Shown: positions 55,538-64,000 of the stretch, piece by piece
Layout of the letters: each line of letters begins with the position of its first letter
How positions within the stretch are numbered: position 1 is the stretch's first letter
Source of the DNA: Neocallimastix sp. 'constans'
Lineage: Eukaryota
Direction: 5' to 3'
NCBI GenBank assembly: GCA_050613775.1
Contig: JBODTK010000128.1
Location: forward strand, 248,001-312,000
Length of the DNA stretch: 64,000 bases
Program-made: the position numbers and the translations under genes
The notes under the pieces: model-generated
The model's input: only the letters and a program-made list of their open reading frames with translations
Told to the model about the DNA's origin: nothing
Database searches by the model: none

Positions 55538-56589
55538 TGATAAAGAATGAAGTAATAAATTGATTCTTATTAAAAACCTTTTAATATAGTCAAGGTGATT
55601 TTTAAAATATTAATAAATTTATGTATTCTTTACATTAATAATTTTACTATATTATTTGATCTGAAAATTTAAGTTTATACATAAAATTTAATTTAAATTT
55701 ATGTTCATTCCTTATAAAGGTAAATTAAATTTATGAGAGTTTAGCAATAACATAGTACTAATTACTTTTAGTATTATTTTTCTAAATAAGGAATAATTCC
55801 TGTATATAAACAACTTAAATAACTTTATCAATATTTCTGTCTTTCGAATTAATAAATAATTGAAATGAAAGAAATAAATAAAATAAAATTTTCTGTATTT
55901 AAAATTGTAAAAGATTTTTCATATATTAATAAATGTATTTTATTTTCTATTATGTCATTCAAATTAATATATAAGATTACATATTAAATTAGTATCAAAA
56001 TTAAGTTAAAGTATTCAATTTTATTGTAATACTGCTTCTCTTTTTTTTTTTGTTTAATTCTTATCTATAATGCATCTTTTATATTATAGATTTATTTTGG
56101 ATAATTTGAATATTAGGAAATAATAAAATTTCTATTTATTACAATAAGGAAATAATCAATAAGATTTAAAAATCTATTGTTTTTCCATCTCTTCAACTAC
56201 TTCCAGAGGCTTTGCTACTTTTATATCTTCAAAAAGATATAAATTGACTACCTTGGAACCCCTTTTTAGGGGGGAGAGAGAAAAAAAAAAAAAAAGAAAA
56301 AAAAAAAAAAAAAATAGAAATAATAAAAATAAATAAATAAAAAAAAATAATAAATAAAAATAAATAAAAATAATAATAAAAATAAAATAAAAATAAAATA
56401 AATAAATAAAAATAATAATAAAAATAAAATAAAAATAAAATAAATAAATAAAAATAATAATAATAATAAAATAAAAATTAAAATAAAAATATAATAAATA
56501 AATAAAAATTATTGTGAAAGAATAAAATTTTTTTTTGTGTTTTAATATTATATAAATTTTTTTTTTTTTGAATTCCTCGAACCATAACA
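55538..56589 (+). repeat. Gypsy-1 3' LTR
   Basis: Matches 47726-48776. Confidence 0.95.
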
Positions 56590-56593
56590 ACTG

Positions 56594-57152
56594 TGGTACG
56601 TTACTCACTAAAATAGAATAAATTATTAAAAATATAAGAAAATAAATAATTCTTTAGTTATTTTATTATAATAGGTATAAGGTTTAATTAGTATATAAAA
56701 TTATAATATTAATAAAAATAATTTTAATTAATAGATAACCAATAAGAATTAAGATAAATTATAGTATAAAAATAAGTGAAAGATAAAATATTAACAAAGG
56801 AGGAACTTTATAATTTAATATCTTTAAAGAATATAATAGTTAGAATAGGAATTATAAAATATTTATTCGGGTGAATAAATATTTAGGATATTTTGGTTAA
56901 TATTATTATTAAAATATAAATTTAAAGATATAATAAAGTTATAATAAATTTAAATGTACTTATTTAAAGAACAAAACTTATAAATAAAATAAAGACTTAA
57001 AAGTAACACATTATTATTTATTAAAATTTATTATTAATTTTGTGTTATAATTTTTTTATTTATTTCTTTTATTAGAATATATTATTTTATAGTTTTACAA
57101 CTTGCTTTCCCCAAATCATATAAAAGGTACAATATATAAAAATAACGTACCA
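56594..57152 (+). repeat. Gypsy-2 5' LTR
   Basis: Matches 63393-63951. Confidence 0.95.
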
Positions 57153-57307
57153 AAATTGGTGGAGAATCCGGGGGGAAGCAAGATTTAATAAAGAAGTATG
57201 AAAATAATAAGGAAATAATAATTACAAATAAATTATTTAATAATAAACCATAATTTTATAATTTTTTTTATATAATCATTACCATTAAAAATTACAAAAA
57301 TCTTAAA

Positions 57308-58633
57308 ATGTTTGATGCAGCTAAATTGCAAAGAATCTTACCATTGTTAATCAATTATGGTAAAGATGTGGAAAGTTGGATAACAGATTTTTCCAAAACG
57401 ATGGAACTTTATGATATAATGGAACCTCGACGCATTTTTACATGGGCTAAAGAGGCCGTGGAAGAAGATATTCAAGGCGCATTAAATTCATTAGTAAAAG
57501 GAAGAGGTGACTCAATCAGATATCCTACATTAAAGGAGATTCAAGATACAATAGAAGAACATTTACATATAACTGAGAATGATAAATGTTCTGTTCTTAA
57601 ATCTTTAAAAATTAATGAAGACGAGTCGTTAAAAAAGTTTAATTACAAATATAAAAAATTATATAATAAACTCAGTTTGGAATATAGAAGACTTATTTCG
57701 GTCAAAGATTATACAAATGCTATTAGTTCTCGAGTATTTCCCTGTTCAAGAGTTATGATAGCGGAATGTGAAACAATAAATGAAGCATTTAAAATAGCTG
57801 AAGTAGCTGAAGAAGCTGAAAAAGAAATATCCAATGCAAATCAAAGGAGCAAAATTAATAATAATATGGGAACAAACATCATGTTTACTCAAAACCATAC
57901 TAATAATAATGTATTATTGAATCACCCTTTTTACGAAAATCTTCACTCAAGACAACTACCAATGAATCAAGATGGAAATAATACCTTTATTGGAGAAAAC
58001 AATTGGAATTTTAGAGCTAGCTCATGGAACAATAATAACTCTAGGAATCCAAATTATTCGAATCATGCGGTAAATTTAAGAAATCATATGAATTATTATT
58101 CAAATAACAGTAATAATTACGTTAATAGAATGCCAAGAAGGAATTCAATAAATGGATATAATAATAAAATCAATTATGATTGGTATTCGAACAATAACAA
58201 AATCAACAATCATTATATGAATTTTAATATGATGAATAATACGAACAAAATGAGTAATAATCAATTACTCAATGAAGGAGAAGATAACCAAAATAATATT
58301 GATTTAAAAAATATAAATAATAATATGATGACTAATAATAATAAAGAATATAACAATCAAATGACTAATGGTAACACAATTAACACTAATAATATGACTC
58401 AATCTTTTAGCTACCAAAATAGGAAAAAATATCATAGTAGAACAGAAAACAACAATGTCATTAATACCTTAGTAACCAAAAATAATAATAAACTTAATGA
58501 TGACAACAATTATCATGTGAATTGTTATCGTTGTACAATGGAGGGACATAGAGCTTCAGAATGTCCGTACACATTTAAACAATTGGCTGAAATGGAAGAA
58601 CAGGGTTTGATTAATAAACCTTTAAACCAATAA
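57308..58633 (+). CDS. Gypsy-2 Gag (Asn-rich central region)
   Basis: ESLKKFNYKY, Zn knuckle CYRCTMEGHRASEC; ends in PLNQ* as does Gypsy-1 Gag. Confidence 0.9.
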   Translation: MFDAAKLQRILPLLINYGKDVESWITDFSKTMELYDIMEPRRIFTWAKEAVEEDIQGALNSLVKGRGDSIRYPTLKEIQDTIEEHLHITENDKCSVLKSLKINEDESLKKFNYKYKKLYNKLSLEYRRLISVKDYTNAISSRVFPCSRVMIAECETINEAFKIAEVAEEAEKEISNANQRSKINNNMGTNIMFTQNHTNNNVLLNHPFYENLHSRQLPMNQDGNNTFIGENNWNFRASSWNNNNSRNPNYSNHAVNLRNHMNYYSNNSNNYVNRMPRRNSINGYNNKINYDWYSNNNKINNHYMNFNMMNNTNKMSNNQLLNEGEDNQNNIDLKNINNNMMTNNNKEYNNQMTNGNTINTNNMTQSFSYQNRKKYHSRTENNNVINTLVTKNNNKLNDDNNYHVNCYRCTMEGHRASECPYTFKQLAEMEEQGLINKPLNQ

Positions 58634-61600
58634 ATGGGAGAAGGATAACTTCCATTAACCAAACCAAAAAAATAATGTTCAAAAATAATGACTCATGTAA
58701 CAATAAAAATAATATAATGACAATGGTAGATGATCAAACAATACTACCTATAATTAATAATAGTGTTAATGAAAAACAAAATTGTAATTACCTTAATATA
58801 AACAATAATAGTAATACTACACAAAATATATTAAATAGACCAATTGAAATTGTAGCAGCAGCTACTCGAAATTCAAGAAATAATATTAGCAAATATAATG
58901 AAAAGCCATATAATAGAAAGGAAGTGAGATTTAATTTAAAAGACAATCCAAAACCAATACAAACGGCAGCTATGAGTCATAATAATAGTAATAAGAATAA
59001 TAATAGTATTAATAATTATAATATTAAAAATAAAAATAATACCAATTATAGTAATACAAATGTTAATAATAATTATAACAATATTAATAATCATAATAAT
59101 AATAGGAATAATGATCATGAAAATAAAAATATGAATAATAATAATAATAAAATTAATTATAATATAGATAATAATAATGACAATAATAACGACAATAATA
59201 ATGAAGAAAATAATATTTATAATACCTTTAAAGAAAATATTGACATAAATAATGATGATTATATTACTAATAATATAAACACTAGTCAAACAGTTGAATC
59301 AGGAAGTATAGAATCTAATGAAGATGTAATCATGATAGAAGAATCTGAAAATGATGAAAACAATGTTGATGTTGATGAAAGTAATAATATTAAAAATCAT
59401 AATAAGTCCTTACCTGATAATGAAGAGAATTCCATTAGAGCAAATAATACAAATAAGAATGAAACTCCTAATAAAAAAAATTGTAATACCCAAAAACTAG
59501 AGTATCTTGATCCTTCTTTTATCACAGAAAAAAATATTAGAAAAGTTAAAAACAAAAATAAAGAGGAGAGAATTAAAGATATAAAAAATAAAATGAAAGA
59601 AATGAATACCAATACCAAGACAAGTGAAACTCCAATGGAACAACCTGAAAAACACATCAAACTTATGGAGAAATTTGGTGATTATTATATTCAAGATTTG
59701 ATAAAAGAAATTGCATCAACTGATGTAATAACAAAATTGGTCTACCTTTTAGATCTCTTCCCAAAATTTCGAACAGAATTCTTAAAAGCTTTAAAATTAA
59801 CACCTAAACAAACAATAACAAATGTAATGACAGTTATTACAAAACATAAAATAATTAAAGTTAATGGAAAAGTAGAGAATAATGATTGTGAAATATTTTT
59901 AGATACTTGCGCCAGTGTCAATGTTATTACACGTTCCGCTTTGAATAAATTAAAAATCAACAAATCTTCTATTGGTAGAATCTCTGAAACAATATTTCAA
60001 GCGTACTCAAATTCCTCAATAGATAGTGATATCTATGATTTACAAGTCTCTATTGGTAGCAGAACTTTTAATGAATATTTTAGGGTAATCGAAAAAGATG
60101 ATATTTTTGATATCTTGATTGGTGTTGATTCTCTAAAGAATAATAGATTTGATATTAACTTAGTAGATGATACTTTATATTATATTGATGAAAATAATAA
60201 TTACATTAAACTAGCAGATCTATTTTATGACATTAATCTTAATAATACTTACAAGGATGATGAAGAAATAGAAAAACATCAAACTTCCAAATCTGAACCT
60301 TTTTTATTATCAATTACAGTTACCAATGATAACGAAATTACGAATACTAATGAATTACCTAACACGAAAGAACATTTAATTAATGAAATAATATCTTCTG
60401 TTCCTGATAATTTTAAAAATGAAATTAGTAAAATATTTTCAAAATTTAAAAATGTAATAGCAATCAAAACAGATGACTTAGGAAAATCAAAATTGTTACC
60501 TCATAAAATTGATTTAATTCCTCAGTCTACACCGATAAAATTAAAAGCTTACCGGTTATCTAAAGCACAAACAAAGGCTCTTAAGAAAATCTTGATTAAG
60601 CTAATAGAAAACAAATTAATAGAACCATCCTATTCTTCATGGGCATTTCCAGTAGTACTAGTTCCGAAGAAAAACGGCGACTGGAGAATGTGTGTCGACT
60701 TTAGGGCTTTAAACAATATAACTATTAAGGATTCATATGCTTTACCCTTAATTGATGACATATTAATGTTTATTGGAAAGAACGCAAAAATACTCTCTAC
60801 TATTGATCTTTTTTCTGGTTATCATCAGGTTCCAATGAATCCTGATGATAAAGATAAAACAACATTCACTACCATGTTTGGAAACTACAAATTCTGTGTA
60901 ATGCCGTTCGGTTTATGTAACGCACCGGCTACTTTTCAACGTGAAATGAACCGGATTTTTTTTGATTTGATTGGTGTATGTTTGTTCGTTTACATTGATG
61001 ATTTAGTTATATTTTCAGATTCTATTGAATCACACATTAAACATCTCACGATGGTATTTCAAATTTTAGCTGATAATGGTTTAAAGTTAAATTTAGAGAA
61101 ATGCTCATTTTTTAAAACAAAGGTAACGCTACTCGGACACACTTTATCGACACAAGGTATTTCACCCATTCCAGATAAGGTAAAAGTTATTGTGAATTAG
61201 CTCCTTTCCTACTATTGTTTATACAGACCATAAACCCCTGGTTAGTATATTTGCTAATAGAGAACCGTCAAATAATCGCCACCTTAAATGGGTTACAGAA
61301 CTATCAATATTAAATGTTAAAGTTCAATTTCAAGAGGGGAAGAGGAACGTTATTGCCGATGCTTTATCCAGATTACCTACAAAAGAAATAAATGAAAATA
61401 AAGAAATATTAAATGCATTAGTAAATAATAACGTTTCTTCCAATAATAATAACGACAGTATAAATAAATTTATGAATGAATTTATAAATAAAAGAATTAT
61501 AAATATTGATGGTATTGAATACTATAAGCAAGGAGAAAATATAAGGAAAATAATTAAGAATAAAACAAAACAGTTTGAATTAATCAAAGATGCACATCAA

Positions 61601-62626
61601 ATTGGCCATGAAGGTATTTATAAAACATACAATAGGTTAAAACGTGATTATTACTGGAAATCAATGAAGAATGATGTGCACAATTTTATTAAAAGCTGTC
61701 ATCGCTGTCAAATATACAGACCTCAATCGCTTAACAAAAATGTGGAAAGTATCGCTACACCTCCTGGTTATCCATTCTCTAGAGTTGGGTTAGATATCAT
61801 TGGACCACTGCCACCTACAAGAAATAATAATAAATATATAATCGTATTAGTAGATTATCTAACAAAGTGGGTAGAAGCGGAACCATTGAAAACGGTTGAA
61901 GCAGAAGATGTTATAAAATTTTTAAAATCGGTATTTTCTCGTCATGGAATACCAGAAATACTTATTACAGATAATGGTCCACAATTCATCGCGGATAAAA
62001 CCAAAGCTTTTCTTGACCTTCATGATATATATGTACATTATATAACAACTTACCATCCAGCATCAAATGGAGAAGTAGAGAATCGAAATAAAGAGATAAG
62101 TAAATACCTACGATTACTTGGAAAATCTACCGATACTTGGGATGAAACTCTATACAGCGCTTTATGGGCTTTAAGAACCTGTAAGAATGAGGTTACAAAA
62201 TATAGTAGCTTTGAATTATTATATGGAAGAAGAGACTTACAACCCTTTGAATTAACTTTAAATATAGAAAGAAGAAATGAAATGGAAAGTGAAGAAGAAT
62301 ATTGGTTAAGAAAATTTATTACTCACGATAAATGGATCAAAGAAGCCATTAATAATATAGAAACAGCTAACAAATTATGGGAAGATCGTAGAAAACAAAT
62401 TAAAAGATTGCGGGCTTGCTACAAACCTGGAGATTTAGTTTTAGTAAAAGTATTTAATAGACGGAAGTTGGATCCTTTTTTTACTGGACCGTTAAAAATT
62501 GTTAAACAAGAATTGAATACAGTCACAGTATGCGATCCAATTACAGGAGAAATAGCCAATCGTAATATTCATCTGAAAAACGTTATTCCTTACTTCACTG
62601 AAATAAATTTGGAAGAAGAAGAATAA
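58621..62626 (+). pseudogene. Gypsy-2 Pol, disrupted by a stop and an internal deletion at about 61200
   Basis: FLDTCAS and RT YIDD, then TAG at 61198-61200 where Gypsy-1 has Trp. The frame then jumps to PTIVYTDHKP, so the connection and N-terminal RNase H are missing. The integrase reading frame is intact to 62626. Confidence 0.9.
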
Positions 62627-62847
62627 ATCAGATAGTTATAACGATAGTTATAAATAAACATTATAATAATATATATAATATAATTATATATATATAAAAA
62701 AAAAAAACGCGTTTGAATTTCAACTTACAAAAATAAACATTTAGCTATTGTTGAAAAGTTTAATAAATTAATTCACATTTCTAATCCAGTAATTTCTTTT
62801 ATTAGATATAAATAATAAAATATAATAAAAATATAATAATAGATTAT

Positions 62848-63034
62848 AATAGTAAAATATAATAGTAAAATATAATAGTAAAAAAAATAATAGTAAAATA
62901 TAATAGTTAAATATAATAGTAAAATATAATAGTAAAATAGAATAGTAAAATATAATAGTAAAATAGAATAGTAAAATAGAATAGTAAAATAGAATAGTAA
63001 AATAGAATAGTAAAATAGAATAGTAAAATATAAT
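62848..63034. repeat. 13-bp minisatellite AATAGTAAAATA(T/G) in the Gypsy-2 3' UTR
   Basis: About 14 tandem units visible. Confidence 0.85.
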
Positions 63035-63392
63035 ATTAAAATATACAAAGATATATAGACAGAATATATATAAATTAAATTTTAAATTAGTAAACAAGTA
63101 TATAATTTTATAAAATTTTATAAACAATATAACATAATTTTACAATTTACTTACCTAAAAAAAAATGTATATATATATATATGCATATACAATATAGTAT
63201 AAATTACATATATGTAATGTATACATGTACATTATTGTATGAAATTGTATATATATAATATAAAAAAAAAAAAAAAAAAAAAAATTTAAAGAATATAATA
63301 ACATTTTTTTTTAATTTTTATAAAAATTTTTATTCATTATATCCATAAACCACGACTTCAAGGGACGAAGTCTAGACAAAGTGGGGGCGTCT

Positions 63393-63951
63393 TGGTACGT
63401 TACTCACTAAAATAGAATAAATTATTAAAAATATAAGAAAATAAATAATTCTTTAGTTATTTTATTATAATAGGTATAAGGTTTAATTAGTATATAAAAT
63501 TATAATATTAATAAAAATAATTTTAATTAATAGATAACCAATAAGAATTAAGATAAATTATAGTATAAAAATAAGTGAAAGATAAAATATTAACAAAGGA
63601 GGAACTTTATAATTTAATATCTTTAAAGAATATAATAGTTAGAATAGGAATTATAAAATATTTATTCGGGTGAATAAATATTTAGGATATTTTGGTTAAT
63701 ATTATTATTAAAATATAAATTTAAAGATATAATAAAGTTATAATAAATTTAAATGTACTTATTTAAAGAACAAAACTTATAAATAAAATAAAGACTTAAA
63801 AGTAACACATTATTATTTATTAAAATTTATTATTAATTTTGTGTTATAATTTTTTTATTTATTTCTTTTATTAGAATATATTATTTTATAGTTTTACAAC
63901 TTGCTTTCCCCAAATCATATAAAAGGTACAATATATAAAAATAACGTACCA
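63393..63951 (+). repeat. Gypsy-2 3' LTR
   Basis: Matches 56594-57152. Confidence 0.95.
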
Positions 63952-64000
63952 ACTGAGGATTGTAATAATTTAATTAAAAAATTATAATTAAATTATTAAT

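Larger units (their letters stand above)
47726..56589 (+). mobile_element. Gypsy-1: intact Ty3/gypsy LTR retrotransposon
   Basis: LTRs 47726-48776 and 55538-56589 (TG..CA, differing by one A in a poly-A by eye), TSD ACTG, PBS TGGTGGAGATATCGGGGAT from 48784 (tRNA-Ala-like), PPT at about 55525-55537, and gag plus pol ORFs. Confidence 0.97.
56594..63951 (+). mobile_element. Gypsy-2: second, distinct Ty3/gypsy element with a defective pol
   Basis: 559-bp LTRs 56594-57152 and 63393-63951 with 10-bp terminal IR TGGTACGTTA..TAACGTACCA, TSD ACTG (56590-56593, 63952-63955), PBS TGGTGGAGAATCCGGG from 57157, PPT AAAGTGGGGG at about 63378. Confidence 0.96.

Noticed and set aside
62627..63392. env-like third ORF or chromodomain in the gypsy elements
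   Set aside because: Only minisatellite and AT-rich sequence follow the integrase, and both integrases end shortly after the GPL/GPY-F module.

Overview
Extremely AT-rich, intron-rich eukaryotic DNA full of poly(A), (AT)n and (ATT)n tracts. Composition and gene content (including a flagellar calaxin) suggest a zoosporic fungus, probably an anaerobic gut fungus (Neocallimastigomycota); this is inference. Six host genes are present: Spa2/GIT-like polarity scaffold, a 4-LIM paxillin-like protein, calaxin/EFCAB1, CDP-DAG synthase, Ase1/PRC1 and CCT6. An intact Ty1/copia element with identical LTRs lies at 18048-24214. A decayed LINE sits near 30-31 kb and a TE graveyard (copia remnants, MULE-type MITEs) at 42-47 kb. 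The most striking structure is at 47.6-64 kb: two different Ty3/gypsy elements are stacked at exactly the same nucleotide (ACTG-[Gypsy-1]-ACTG-[Gypsy-2]-ACTG), about 11-14 bp upstream of a tRNA-like A-box/B-box element. Gypsy-1 also carries an array of five B-box-like palindromes resembling that target. This suggests a Pol III-targeted, site-specific retrotransposon system. The copia element appears to be primed by a half-tRNA-Lys(CUU) and has TG...TA termini. All comparisons were made by eye.
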